DNA of 63,973 bases, the filler included, from Craspedostauros australis (Eukaryota): the NCBI GenBank assembly GCA_030167865.1. It is 16 parts of 16 records of this genome, joined end to end, with 100 filler letters (N's around TTAATTAATTAA, not from the genome) between each part and the next. Parts side by side here need not be neighbours in the genome. Positions count along the whole stretch, not along the records: positions 20,529 to 28,920 come from JALAGF010005017.1; positions 29,021 to 38,411 come from JALAGF010005018.1; 14 more parts are not named here. The stretch is one strand, 5' to 3'. This document shows, one piece after another, positions 24,952 through 36,819 of this stretch (its first letter is position 1; each line of letters opens with the position of its first letter). A model generated the notes under the pieces. The model was not told where the DNA came from, made no database searches, and worked only from the letters and a program-made list of their open reading frames with translations. The position numbers and the translations under genes were made by a program.

Positions 24952-25655
24952 AGCGATAACTTATATTCTATAAAAGTAGTGCACAACACCTAACTGCAAG
25001 CGAGACAAGTGCAAGCAAAACAAAACCACAGCCATCTCGAAACACACCACCAACTGATCGACAACCGAAACAGAACGAAGCAAACGGTACGTTCATTTGT
25101 GTGCATCATGGCCGTGGCCATGACAACACCATGACATGACGCAGCAGGTGCCCACGCGCCATTGTGACTGGCGTGAACAGACGCTTCCAGGTCCAGCTTG
25201 CCAGTCATCTACACGCTCTCGCAATCGTCCTCTGCTCTACCTGCGAACTGTTCTCATGGCGGTCCACCGATGTCACAATGTGGCTAGGGGGTGCCATGCC
25301 ACTCCTCTTTACCCCCACTCCCAGCAAGATCAGACTTCGTTCTCGTTCTCCCTCATTCTCACATCCTCGCTCATCACACGCTCATCACACGCTCATCACA
25401 CGCTCATCACATCGCCCACTTGTTCGCCCATCCAAAATCACGACGTTTCTCTCAACAAACAAATCGCTGGATGGATTGCATCTTGACTCCTGTCTGATCC
25501 GGCTCCGGCCAATGTCGTGGTTTGTTTCCACCTATTCTTCGCATGGTACAACACGTCTGCGACCCATCTGCATCTGCATCTGCATCTGCGTGCGCACTGT
25601 TTCGTTCCATGCAGACAACGACGTACACTGACAAACCAACCAACCGATAGCAACC

Positions 25656-26858
25656 ATGTTCAAGATCAAGGCATCTATTATCGGCGCTCTCGTCTTTGCC
25701 AGCATGGCAATGACACTGGCTTTGGATCCAGCTGAAGATTCGGTGTTCGCTCCGCAAAGATCGTTGAATGAGGATGCACCGCCGTCGTCGATGCCATCAG
25801 AGGAGCCGACCGAGACCCCTGTTCCACCTTCCATGCTCGTCGGCTGCCTCCGAACGCCAGGAGATGTCAACAGCAAGTTCCACAAAAGAAGGCGTCCGTC
25901 CAGAGTTGTTTGCGACGAGGTCGATGGTCCGTGCGCTGACTTTGTGGCGCGCATCGAGGCACTCCCAAACAACAAGGACAGGCTCGTTAAGAGCATCTTC
26001 GCATGCAACGCACAAAACCGGGCAAACACGCAAGGCATCTCTCAGACACGCTTCGACCGTGTGAAGAATGATAAGGACGCGATCGACACCATCTTGAATG
26101 CTGCTGTCCAAAGCGGCAGGATCATCATGACTGGACGAGGCGACGCACTCACCGCAGCATGCAGAAACAAAGGATACTCATGCTGTCCACCCGAAGGTTG
26201 CTCATCCAATAGTGAACCGTTCACCATCACCTCAGATTCCTGCACAGAAATTGGCTCTTGCACCAACGTCGCTCCCGCAGCCATGATCTTCAATAGCTGC
26301 ACTGGGGAGAACTCCTGCAGAAACTTTGGACAGTTCCGCACACGTGGCCCGGATGGTAACGCTGTCATCGGTAGCAAGATTATTGGACCACATGCATGCA
26401 CCGATACTTCCAGCTGCCAGAATCTTGGAAGGAACATCTTGGGTTCTATCCGACTTACATACCTGGCATGCAGAGGGTTGCGCAGCTGCATGAATCTCGG
26501 ACGTCGTTCCAACCAGGGAAGGTCTGTGCCCTTGCCCGTCATCGCCGACATCAGCATCGGACACAGCGCATGTAGAGGAGAAAATGCATGCAAGAATGCC
26601 CACAGAGGTGATTCCAAGAATCTTGGAAGCCTTTTTATTGAGGATTATGCGTGCACGGGGGACAATAGCTGCAATGGTGTCGCTAACAGTGACGATGCCA
26701 TTCATGACCTTGTCATTGCTCCAACTAGTTGCTTTGGGAACAACAAATGCCAAAACTGTGTCAACACGAATATGTGCCCCGGATCCCCCAACTCTACCTA
26801 CATCATCGGTGATCCAAGTGAGGACTGCCCAACGCCAAACTCAGATGCATGTTCTTGA
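25656..26858 (+). CDS. Secreted cysteine-repeat protein, 400 aa
   Basis: Signal peptide, RSL motif, PS/PT linker, then about seven (S/A)C.G..(S/A)C.N repeats, several preceded by IG. Confidence 0.8.
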   Translation: MFKIKASIIGALVFASMAMTLALDPAEDSVFAPQRSLNEDAPPSSMPSEEPTETPVPPSMLVGCLRTPGDVNSKFHKRRRPSRVVCDEVDGPCADFVARIEALPNNKDRLVKSIFACNAQNRANTQGISQTRFDRVKNDKDAIDTILNAAVQSGRIIMTGRGDALTAACRNKGYSCCPPEGCSSNSEPFTITSDSCTEIGSCTNVAPAAMIFNSCTGENSCRNFGQFRTRGPDGNAVIGSKIIGPHACTDTSSCQNLGRNILGSIRLTYLACRGLRSCMNLGRRSNQGRSVPLPVIADISIGHSACRGENACKNAHRGDSKNLGSLFIEDYACTGDNSCNGVANSDDAIHDLVIAPTSCFGNNKCQNCVNTNMCPGSPNSTYIIGDPSEDCPTPNSDACS

Positions 26859-29800
26859 GGTGTTCACAGTTAAGGCGTGTGCAGGAAGAGACGTCCAGCA
26901 ACGGCTCAAAAAGAACACCATCTCGAATGCTCAGTCATTGAGAGGATAGTGCTCTGATGGTTGATCACCCTGCTTGAGCTTGATGGTCTCCCTGATCATG
27001 CTCATCGCACACTCGCTATTGATGAATGGATTGATAACCGAAACGAGTGGATGGTACGGATGGCACATGGAGGTGCTACTTGCGTGTCTATCACCATCAC
27101 CATCACCACCACCTGCCTCGGAAGGTCTCTATTCTTCGACCAGAGCATAGCAAGCACCTCGCAAACGTACCACACGTACATACATACCATAACAACACTA
27201 ATTACTTGGCTACACCAGAGTATGCGACACTAGTTTTACATGCATCCTTTCGTTGTTGACCTTCAACTATTTGTGCGATGGAGTGTTTGTGTGTGTCTAT
27301 CGGAATGTGAAGTAGAGGGCGAAGTAGAGGGCGAAGTAGAGAGCAAAGTATGAAGACTCATGAATACGCACGAGCTGCTCTTGAAGTGGATCCTTCCGCC
27401 CCAACTTATTCCGAAAATGAGAGAATCATGCCAAGAGAGAAGGAAGGCAAGGCAGCAATGAATGTGAGTGAGCGAGCGCCAGAGGACGAGAACCACCATG
27501 TGGAGTGTGCAGGGTTTGCCTTAGGTACCGAGCCCAATCTCGATTGGTTGACGTTTTGACGTGGCTGGCTAGTTTCCGTTTTTTGGCGCTTGTTGGTAAT
27601 TATTGGTAACCATTGGCGTATCGCCGACGGCACAAGCTGCCATTCGATGAGTTGATGACCGTTGCCTGACATCTTGACATCATTAGAAAGAGGAGAGTGA
27701 GAGCTCTCTATTGATGTGCTCATTGTAGGGAAACGGTCTCCGCTTCATGTTCATCTTGATGCCTGTTTTAACCCTTTATCGGCCTTTTTCATACGGACGA
27801 CGTACGGACACGAATCCGGATTTTTTTTCTTTGGTAACCATCGGCAGCCGCGCAGAGTCTACGGCATTCTGGTACAGAAATTTGTTGCTTTTTCGTCCGA
27901 TCTCGACCGACAACCTTCCAAAGACCCGCATCCAATTCTGTTTCATCTATTGTTCAAGTGAATGGCATGGCTGTATTCGTCGCTTCATTCTGCTTCAGGT
28001 GGTGTGCTGGTCAGTACTCCAGAATGTTTGTGTGTGTTGCCTTGTGTGTTTGAATTCAGTCACTAATGCTCGTGACAGCCATGATCATCAATTCGTCAAC
28101 AAACAAGAGTTCGCGCCAAAAATTATCGTGTGGTTTTGCGTGTTGTCGATTCTGACTGTACTCTTCACCTGAGTCTGGCTACTTTATGCGAGGTTGTGCA
28201 TCGGCCTGACGTCGGATCATTGTGCTGTTGCTTTCAATCGACACAGTATCCTCTCCTGCACCTGACCATGTAGTCCTAGTCTTCGAATCTCACTTCCTCC
28301 AAAGATATACCAACTGCAAGCTCTTTTCGTCGCTTTACCATGTGCTATGCTTGCGAGGAAGCACTGCTTCCTGATCATGCGCCACAAGTGTCTTCATTGA
28401 CGCCGGTTGCGACACCCTTTCAAAGACTAGCCACTTATCTCACGCTCACGCTCATGCGATGGGTGGGGTCGTTGACACAGTCACTGTTCGTGCTCCATCA
28501 AACCACGTTCGAACCGTTCTGTGGAGGAAGCCTGATGTTCTCTCCTGATCTTCAGTACCGCTAAGGCCAATAATAGAACACTTGCCTCTACATTTCGCAT
28601 GCGATACATTCTAAAATGCGCGCACATTGCATGGAAATTATGCGCAGCGCAGTTGCACATGCTCAGCAACGTGAACGATCCAATGAAAAGTGGTCAGAGC
28701 ATGGCGAGATTGAACTCCTCGGTGTGAAACAGTCCACTCTGCTCTATTCTGGACTGCTCTTGTGTGCCAATGCTCCCCAAGGGATCATTGCTCCTCCAAA
28801 CAGGATGGACGCAATGATATACATGAATCCATGTTGCTGTTGCCAAGATGATTGCTGCTATGCGGTATTCTGGAGTAGAACTGAAACGCTATTGCAGAAC
28901 TTATAAATCATATCATCAACNNNNNNNNNNNNNNNNNNNNNNNNNNNNNNNNNNNNNNNNNNNNTTAATTAATTAANNNNNNNNNNNNNNNNNNNNNNNN
29001 NNNNNNNNNNNNNNNNNNNNATGTCCGATCACCACCGACCGTACTGCCTGTCCTCGCTCCTGTTCGTACTCCAGGTCCTGGTCCGCCTCCTTCTGTCCAG
29101 GGGCGCCACATCCAGCCCAGCCGTCCGTCTGTGATAAAGGGGCGCCAATCATCTCATCTTTGGTCGACCCTGACACATCGCTGCGGATCTTGGGTGAAAC
29201 ATGCTCATCACGCAACTCCCATCCTTCGCATGCCACCAGATATCCCTGTTGCTGCACTGCGGCCGGAACCAAAGCCACCACCACCACATTGGCTCAAAGC
29301 AGACACACTGACCAAATCGCTCAGCAGATCCGTATTCATGNNNNNNNNNNNNNNNNNNNNNNNNNNNNNNNNNNNNNNNNNNNNNNNNNNTACTGTCCGG
29401 ACGATCCACAACCAGCTGAGCCTACTACCCATGCTGAAAGAAGCACACGTGAGTTGCCCTGTGTCTGGATTACACCCTCACGTGCCCATTGACAAGTGAG
29501 GTTATAAAGGGGCGTATTGGAGCCACGACCGCACGAACCGGAGACATGGAGCTACGATCGCATGAATCGGAAGCACAAAAGATACGACGACCACACAGCA
29601 GCGATCAAGACGCAACAGCAAAGAGAAACGAGAAGGCAAACATCGAAATACGTGCACGAACGCTGATGGAACAGAACAAAGCGAAACACAACAAAAGTAG
29701 CGAGGTATGCCTCATAATTCCCTACACAACACAGTTAGCACACACACTGATCATCCACAGTCGTTACCATCAGCCCAGATTCCAATACGGAAAACTTGTT

Positions 29801-30187
29801 GTTTTTGGATCGCTCCGCAAAGAGAGAGACCAGTCCTCCTTATTCTTTCCCTTCTTTCTTTCTCGCGTTCATGTTGTCGCACATCACATCAGACACAAGA
29901 CAACATCAACATCGACAACGAAGAAGTGCCGTGCTTGCCCCTGTCGTGGCTATGCAAACACGAGGCGCATGCGACCAAGGAGTCATTTCCTGGAAGGGAA
30001 TCGAGGACAAAGAGCGGAACGACTGACCACACCAATCCAAAGCAATCCAGAACAACACCTGCTACAATCTTCAATCGTGTAACAATCTGTCTCATACTCC
30101 TGCATATGGTGATATAATACGTTATATTCTATGATTCTATATTCTATTATTCTATGCTATAATATTACCAAATACCAATAGTTGCTG

Positions 30188-31828
30188 ATGACGAACCTGA
30201 TCGGCTTCATGGAAGGTGGTGCCACCGTGCACCCAAGACAACTCAGCAGGCGTGACCACCCGCACAGGTGGGACGGCTATGAGGACGACGACGATGACAA
30301 CAATGACGGCATCCCATCACTCACCGCTCGCCTCTTCGGCTTCCACTCCCCCACATCCCAGGCAAATGGTGTCTACCTTTTTGTCAAGAAGTTCTCATCA
30401 CAACGCATAGCCAGCAACTTCACAGCGCAACGCCACATCGTCCGCTTCATCGAGATGCAATGCATGCAACATCCCGAAGACTTGGCGTGGCAGGACAGAT
30501 GTGGAAACACGGCCTTGCACCTCCTCGCACAGTCCGCACGCATGGATCGCATCATGGGGCTTGCCAAGATCCGTTTCCTCGTGAGCATCGCCAAGATGAT
30601 CGTCGACGCCGATCCGGAGTTGCTGTTACGACAGAACAAATGGAACGAGACACCGCTGTTTCAGTTCGTCGCTCATTGCGGCCTTCCCTCGAACTTGGAC
30701 GCCACAGCGACGTTCGACGAATCCCACTCTCACCAACTTGTGAAGCTCTTGCGCGTGCTGCGTCAGAGAGGCGCTCACAAGATTCGCAACTCTCTACAAC
30801 GTTCTCCATTGCAGGAAGCCATCCGGTTGGTGGCGGTGAAGGATTCGGGCCACGCCCTCTTGTGTACGGCTGCACTGGCCTCCTCGTCGGCGACCGACTG
30901 GAATACGCCTCACCGCGTCGACACATTCAGCGAATGCGTGCAAGCCCATTATCACGCAGTTATTCGCACGCTCATCTTTGCTGCGAGGTCGATGTGCTTT
31001 GAACTAGGACTCTGCAAAGAAACACCGGTGAGCTCTGCGCTGGTCTCGGACGCATGCAACCTGTCGACCTTTCGATACTTGCTTGAATCGCAAGACCTCC
31101 CCACAGGTAACGAGCGACGGCAGCAGTTGGATTGCTTCCGTCACAGCCAGAGCGAGTACTGCGCTCGACTCGGTGGACGCATCAACTGGATGAACACCAC
31201 CACGACTGTGGAAGAGCGGCGGCAAGTCTTGCAAATCCACTACGATCTTTCGGTGTCGTTTCGCGCTTTCTGGGCCAAGTTGAAAGCAGTCATCCGATTC
31301 TACCACAGCCAAGACGATTTCCTTCACGGATTGGTCAAGGTTGGCGCACCATCAAGCTTGCTGATCGCGGCCCTCTTGCTGCAAGATGATGTACCCAGCA
31401 CTCAAGCATCGACTGCGCCAAGGTCGAAGCACACGCTGCTGACGTTCTTCCTGTTCCTTCGCGGCATCTCCAGCAGTGCAGCGTATCCGAGCAATGAATC
31501 ATGTGACATCATCCGACTCATGTTACGGCTGCGCAAGGACAGCAAAAGTTTGGCGCAGATCCCAAACCCGCAAGGACGATATCCACTGGTCGCGGCTCTC
31601 GTGGATTGCTGCGATCTGGGATGGGCCAGCGGAATCAAGAATATCTTTGACGCGTATCGAGCGGCAACGAGCCATGTCGATCCCGTCACGCGTCTGCATC
31701 CGTTCCAACTGGCAGCGCTGTACACTGACCCGGAATCATTCGATCAGCCAACCCAACTCTCGGCCAGCTATGAACTGCTGCGTGCAGATCCATCCGTGTT
31801 GGTGCATTGCATCCAGAATGCAATGTAG
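30188..31828 (+). CDS. Degenerate ankyrin-repeat-like protein (diatom-type)
   Basis: QDRCGNTALHLL, QNKWNETPL, GRYPL; C-terminal DPVTRLHPFQLAA...SYELLRADP. First in-frame ATG at 30188. Confidence 0.75.
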   Translation: MTNLIGFMEGGATVHPRQLSRRDHPHRWDGYEDDDDDNNDGIPSLTARLFGFHSPTSQANGVYLFVKKFSSQRIASNFTAQRHIVRFIEMQCMQHPEDLAWQDRCGNTALHLLAQSARMDRIMGLAKIRFLVSIAKMIVDADPELLLRQNKWNETPLFQFVAHCGLPSNLDATATFDESHSHQLVKLLRVLRQRGAHKIRNSLQRSPLQEAIRLVAVKDSGHALLCTAALASSSATDWNTPHRVDTFSECVQAHYHAVIRTLIFAARSMCFELGLCKETPVSSALVSDACNLSTFRYLLESQDLPTGNERRQQLDCFRHSQSEYCARLGGRINWMNTTTTVEERRQVLQIHYDLSVSFRAFWAKLKAVIRFYHSQDDFLHGLVKVGAPSSLLIAALLLQDDVPSTQASTAPRSKHTLLTFFLFLRGISSSAAYPSNESCDIIRLMLRLRKDSKSLAQIPNPQGRYPLVAALVDCCDLGWASGIKNIFDAYRAATSHVDPVTRLHPFQLAALYTDPESFDQPTQLSASYELLRADPSVLVHCIQNAM

Positions 31829-32154
31829 TGCAGTGTGCACTCGTGTGATACGAGTCCAATGGACCGCAGCAAATACGCACCCAATTTACGAAGAGCACAT
31901 CAAATCAATTCATTTCTTTACATACTACACTCATTTCCGTCGATGATATACTTTCATATTCTGCTCGCCCATGCTGAACCATGTGATGCCTTCATACAGA
32001 GTACAGCAGTGCCATGTGCTCTGGTGTGTGTTCCCTGCCATCGCACCATCCTCGTCAACGACTTTCGTCGTGGTGTGCACCATACGCTATGCGCTGTGGC
32101 AGAGTATTGGAGTAGTAGTAGTGTCAAGAGGAGTCGATTAATTCCGTGTCCGCA

Positions 32155-34791
32155 TTATTCCCCCAGCACACGCGATAGCCATCCCGCATCTGGTGTTGGC
32201 AATCGGGTGATGTCGTCCGCATCCTCCGACTTCCAATGCTTGCCTGCCATCGCCAGCAGCCAATCGGAGCGATTCCTTGGCGGGTATTCCTGCGTATAGT
32301 CTTGCATCAAGCTCTTCACATTGTCCTTCTGGATGTCCGCCACGTAAACCGTCGCCGCCAAACGCATTTGCTGGGTCGATCGATAATCCGCCGCCGCCGT
32401 CGCGTGGTGAGCATTATCTCCCATCATGGTAGCGATATTGTATCTGTATCGGAATTTACCAACCCGACTCGTATTGGCAGCATTTCGTAGGAGCAATTCC
32501 GGTTGCGTGCCGTTGGCCAAAATCAACGGAATGATGATGTTGAAGGCCCGGGACCCAGTCTTGTGCACGTCGTAATGCATGAACCCGCGAATGCAATGGG
32601 AAACGCCGATGAATGTTATTTGGTAGGCAGCAAGGCCATCCATGCCGAAGTAAGTGCCGATCGCATTGAGGATATCGTCAAACCCGCCCGCGCTCAGTGC
32701 TGTGAGGTAGTCCTGGTGCGATTCCTCATTCAAGGGACTCACCCAGTGCATGTTGGACATCCATTTCTTTCCTGGCCGTTGGATGTACCAGTCCTGCCCT
32801 CGTATCTGGAGTTTGTTCTCGTCGTCGGTATGCACGGCATTGCCTTGGATGGTGGCATTGCGGAGGCGTTCCGCGATTCCCATGTACTCGCAGTACTTCA
32901 GCAGCACTTGCCGCAATCTGTGAGGGACTCCGAGAAGATAGGCATTCGACATCACAGTGTGGTTGATACCGCCGTCGCTGCTGGATGCGCCGCCACCTTT
33001 CCAATAGATGTTGGACAGCTCGCCAGGTTTCAAATCCGGCTGGACGAAGTCACCCATGGAGTTCAAATCATCGTTGGTTTGGTCTTGCCATGAGGCAGGG
33101 ATGAGCTGCCGCGGCAGTGCCATGGGGTACCGAAACTTCCCTTCTTCGTACTCATCCAGTGTGTACGACTGGTCGGTAAGCACCACCTTCTCGGCGGGTA
33201 CCCAGTCGACTTTCACGGAGGCCCCCGGGATGGGACATTTCTTGAAGATCATGTAATTGGCGGCTGCGTAGAGGCGGACGGCGAAGAAGATCTTGCCGTC
33301 CCTCCATTTGCGGTCAAGAACGCCACATGGACGCAAGCAATCGTCGTTGATTTCCATCCAGCTGCGATTGTTCGCGGTATTATTTGCATTCGAGTCTGCA
33401 TGCCGGTAGTAGCAGGCCGTCGACATGGATTGTGCATACGGCTCCTTTTCTTGTTCTTGCAACGTCCGAATGATCCGTGTCCCGTGAATGTGATGACTGT
33501 GGGTGGCGTTGCCGTGTTGAAGCAACTGTTTGCGATATGCACTCGCAGTTGTGTAGTTGTAATCGTCATCCTCCGGCGCCCAATGGCTGGCATATGCCTT
33601 CCAAGCAGCGTCCCAAGCAGCACCGTAGTTGAGCATGATCTCTTCTCCAATGCCAATGTCCTTGGTGGCGATGATTTCCACAAGCAGCTGTCTACCGCGT
33701 TTCGTTGTGCGCATTGCATGGGACAATGATCCGTTGAGAGCATTCGCAGTAGTAGTTTGAAGTAAGAATGGCGACGACGACGACGATGTCACTTCTGACC
33801 ATCTGAGGGCCGCATTCGCCTCGTTGCCTCCATGGTTGATGAAGCTCACGCCAGGACCGGTCGGAAGCAACAGCGCATCCAATCCAACCATCTCGAAGCA
33901 GTAATTGAGCAAGAGTTGCTCATCGATGACCTTATCGGTGTTGTACTGAATCCTTGCTTTCTTGTGATCGACCGCTTGATCCATGATCAGCGTTTGCTCT
34001 CTGTCGATGATCACCACAGGAGATGTCGTGACGCGTTGGCCCTCGACGAATCGTCGTTTGGCGAATGCGCCTCGTCCAATTTTGGGAATCGTCGAGTCCT
34101 TCACATGGATTCCATCCACGCAGGTGCCATGATCTTGCAACCATCGCAATGACATTTCATGGATCGTGTCTGTGGGAGACGATCCAGCACGCTCCATGTG
34201 ACACTCCAGAAAGAGCTCGGATCCTGCGGACAGCGCTTGCGTGGAACGAAATTGGAAGTTGTCGTTGACGCCAAACGCCCCGTTGGACGGATCCCTCGAT
34301 CGATGCACCCCGGTGCTTCCGCTGCCTTCGGCTTGAATTCCTCGAACGTTGGCAGCATCTTGCGAACACAGGACGGTGCCTCCCATGCCTGTGACAAAGT
34401 GGGACGATCGGAACCAGCTGTGCAAGCTCAACGCGTCGTTGTTATTCGTCGTGTCCCACAAAACATCGCGCAACGGTCGTGTCAACAAGTCTGCGTTCAT
34501 GTCGATGACCGAGATCACCTGCTCCGGCGCGCCGATCTGCTGTCCTTCCTGCAACGCGATGCCGGTGTACAAGTTCAGCTTGCTTGGAACTCTCTGCGAC
34601 GGCGCTAGCCAGAGTTCGCACGGATCATCGTGACTCCCACCGCCGCTGCCACCGCCGCTGCCGGTATCGTCATTGCTGATATCTCCATTTGGAAACGGGA
34701 TGGCAGACACCAACGTGCTGACCGAAGCCGTCGAAAGCACAAGCCAGAGGAAGACTGTGCAGCTATGTCGCGACGATGCGCCGAACGTCAT
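32155..34791 (-). CDS. Secreted SET-domain protein with a C-terminal 2OG-Fe(II) oxygenase-like domain, 878 aa
   Basis: Signal peptide; degenerate first SET-like unit (CELWLAPS...AGSELF); SET motifs STIPKIGRGAFA, FINH and ATKDI..GEEIMLNYG; C-terminal HYD...HHAT...RLAATVY. Confidence 0.8.
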   Translation of the reverse strand: MTFGASSRHSCTVFLWLVLSTASVSTLVSAIPFPNGDISNDDTGSGGGSGGGSHDDPCELWLAPSQRVPSKLNLYTGIALQEGQQIGAPEQVISVIDMNADLLTRPLRDVLWDTTNNNDALSLHSWFRSSHFVTGMGGTVLCSQDAANVRGIQAEGSGSTGVHRSRDPSNGAFGVNDNFQFRSTQALSAGSELFLECHMERAGSSPTDTIHEMSLRWLQDHGTCVDGIHVKDSTIPKIGRGAFAKRRFVEGQRVTTSPVVIIDREQTLIMDQAVDHKKARIQYNTDKVIDEQLLLNYCFEMVGLDALLLPTGPGVSFINHGGNEANAALRWSEVTSSSSSPFLLQTTTANALNGSLSHAMRTTKRGRQLLVEIIATKDIGIGEEIMLNYGAAWDAAWKAYASHWAPEDDDYNYTTASAYRKQLLQHGNATHSHHIHGTRIIRTLQEQEKEPYAQSMSTACYYRHADSNANNTANNRSWMEINDDCLRPCGVLDRKWRDGKIFFAVRLYAAANYMIFKKCPIPGASVKVDWVPAEKVVLTDQSYTLDEYEEGKFRYPMALPRQLIPASWQDQTNDDLNSMGDFVQPDLKPGELSNIYWKGGGASSSDGGINHTVMSNAYLLGVPHRLRQVLLKYCEYMGIAERLRNATIQGNAVHTDDENKLQIRGQDWYIQRPGKKWMSNMHWVSPLNEESHQDYLTALSAGGFDDILNAIGTYFGMDGLAAYQITFIGVSHCIRGFMHYDVHKTGSRAFNIIIPLILANGTQPELLLRNAANTSRVGKFRYRYNIATMMGDNAHHATAAADYRSTQQMRLAATVYVADIQKDNVKSLMQDYTQEYPPRNRSDWLLAMAGKHWKSEDADDITRLPTPDAGWLSRVLGE

Positions 34792-35159
34792 CTTTCATCC
34801 ATCTCCACAGCCGATCTCCGCTTGTTAGATCGCAATGGATGAAGTCTGGAGTGGCGCGTGTTTCTGTCTGCGAAAGACGCCAACAAATCGCACCATCCGC
34901 GTTCATCGCAACACGGGACTAAATGGAAATATGAGAGGAAATCAGTCCCGTCTTATGGTCGGCGAATCTTCGAGGAAGAGTCGCGGTGGCGCGAGCCACA
35001 GCGCGAGGGTGGAGAGATACTGCTACACTCTACTCTACGAATACTCGTATTAGTATGGCCCATGCATGCTCCACAGAGTAATGCTCTATTTTATCCTTGG
35101 AGCATCGTATTGTGACGCATTGCGCCTTATTGTAAATATTGAATCGAACCGGAGGAGCT

Positions 35160-36467
35160 CTATTCCCACCAAGCAGCAGGCTCGCTCTCCCTTTCGAACA
35201 TGGCAGTCCGGACCACTTCAAGCAACGCGGGGCGATCCATGTCTGACTCCAAGTGCACGCCCTTGCACTCATCCAAGCATCCGTACAGCTCCACCAGCGA
35301 CATGTTCTCATACTTGTCGCAGTCGGCGTCGTCGCTACTTGCCTTGTTGTCTTTGGCGTTGTGAGCGACATGAATGCCCTTCATCAAATCGGCGCATCCA
35401 GCCAGCTGGTCGAAGTGCGGATTGCCGATCAACGCGTTCGCGTCCTTCGCTGCCATCTGGATAGCCATCTCCTTCAGAATTCTGCATTTGTGTTCATCTG
35501 CAAAGAGCAGCAGCTCAATCAGCGTGTCTGGCGACAGATGCTTATCGACCAGCTTGGCTTCGACGATCACCTTGAGTTGCCAGCAATGGAAATGGGTTGC
35601 GACAATCAGCAGCTGCTGCAAGTCTTCTGGTCTGGCCATGTCATCTGCATCGAGGCATGATGTCTCGCCGGAGTAGATGTACTGCAGCGTGTATCGAACG
35701 TGCGCGGGATAGAAGTCCGGGAGAAGAATGGTGCCTTCGTTGGTGCTCCGATCGATCATCGCCTTGGTCGATGGCACCGTGATCAACAGAATGCCGCTGT
35801 ACGCCTTGATTGCCTCCTGTTGGATATCACGGCCGACGAGGAAGGTGAGATCGGCCATGCTGCTGTTCTGCAGAGCATGCAGTTTCTGTTGCCCGATGCT
35901 GTGGTGGCCCAACTTGAGCATTTCTGCCGTCGCATCGTCTGTTTTCGCGTGGTTTGGATCTGCTTCTTGGGAGCAAGATGACAAGTACTCTGTGCAAGGA
36001 TTAGAGTCCGTAAGTTTGGCAACCTGCAATGGTGTTTGGTTGTCGTTATTGCAGACTGTGATGTCTGCTTTGCCCAATTCCACCAGATACTTGACAATGT
36101 GAAGCTGACGGTGTGTGGCAGCACAGTGGAGTGGCGTGTATCCCATACTATCTTTGGCATTGACGTCTGCACCACATGATTCCACCAGACACTTGATCGC
36201 ATCCATGTTTCTCATCTTGATTGCGTAGATGAGTGTCGTGTTACCATCATTGTTTTTGATATCGACGGTTGCATGGCACGTTTGTACCAAGTACTTCATG
36301 ACGTCCAAGTTCCCTCTTCCACACGCGATGTGAAGCAGGGGAGATTCATCGGGGACCATGATCATGTCGACATGTATGCCAGGCTCCGATTGCCACCATT
36401 CCCTGATGGTGGCAACACTCCCTCGCCTTACAGCGATGATCAGCTGTTCAGGAGTGATGCTCGACAT
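35160..36467 (-). CDS. Ankyrin-repeat + BTB/POZ protein
   Basis: Four or five ankyrin repeats (LLHIACGRGNLDVMKYLV, GYTPLHCAA). BTB core ADLTFLVG...LQYIYSG...LKVIVE; BACK-like LLLFADEHKCRILKE. Likely ATG at 36467. Confidence 0.88.
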   Translation of the reverse strand: MSSITPEQLIIAVRRGSVATIREWWQSEPGIHVDMIMVPDESPLLHIACGRGNLDVMKYLVQTCHATVDIKNNDGNTTLIYAIKMRNMDAIKCLVESCGADVNAKDSMGYTPLHCAATHRQLHIVKYLVELGKADITVCNNDNQTPLQVAKLTDSNPCTEYLSSCSQEADPNHAKTDDATAEMLKLGHHSIGQQKLHALQNSSMADLTFLVGRDIQQEAIKAYSGILLITVPSTKAMIDRSTNEGTILLPDFYPAHVRYTLQYIYSGETSCLDADDMARPEDLQQLLIVATHFHCWQLKVIVEAKLVDKHLSPDTLIELLLFADEHKCRILKEMAIQMAAKDANALIGNPHFDQLAGCADLMKGIHVAHNAKDNKASSDDADCDKYENMSLVELYGCLDECKGVHLESDMDRPALLEVVRTAMFERESEPAAWWE

Positions 36468-36678
36468 GATTGCGTGGTTGTTTGTTGACTGCTCTGGCCA
36501 ATCGCTTTGTGTTGAATATGTCCTTGTTATAGTTCTATGTCGCCTTTTCTTCGAGCACGGTGCTGTGCTATCCTCTTCTGTACGACCTGCACGCACCGAC
36601 ACTGTGCTATAGCACAGTGTCGGTACGATCGTACGATCCTGCCGATTTTTTATCGGATAACATTACTTTATTAGCACA

Positions 36679-36819
36679 CGGTGTAGCGTCTTGTTGCATA
36701 GGCTTAGATATATTTAGCTAGCTTCTACGACATAAATACCTGGCTGACTTGTCCTCGTCTTGGACGAAAATGATGACGTCATTGACGGTCAATGTCAGAC
36801 TGCAATGGTATCGAACGGT
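36679..36819 (+). repeat. Dispersed ~140-bp element, probable transposon end (inverted copy at 41980-42119)
   Basis: Collinear with the reverse complement of 41980-42119, e.g. TTAGA.ATATTTAGCTAGC.TCTACGACA.AAATAC and ATGACGTCATTGACGGTC.ATG.CAGAC. Confidence 0.85.

Noticed and set aside
30188..36467. Ankyrin, SET-oxygenase and ankyrin-BTB genes as a functional cluster
   Set aside because: They are adjacent on one scaffold but differ in predicted compartment; nothing indicates co-function.
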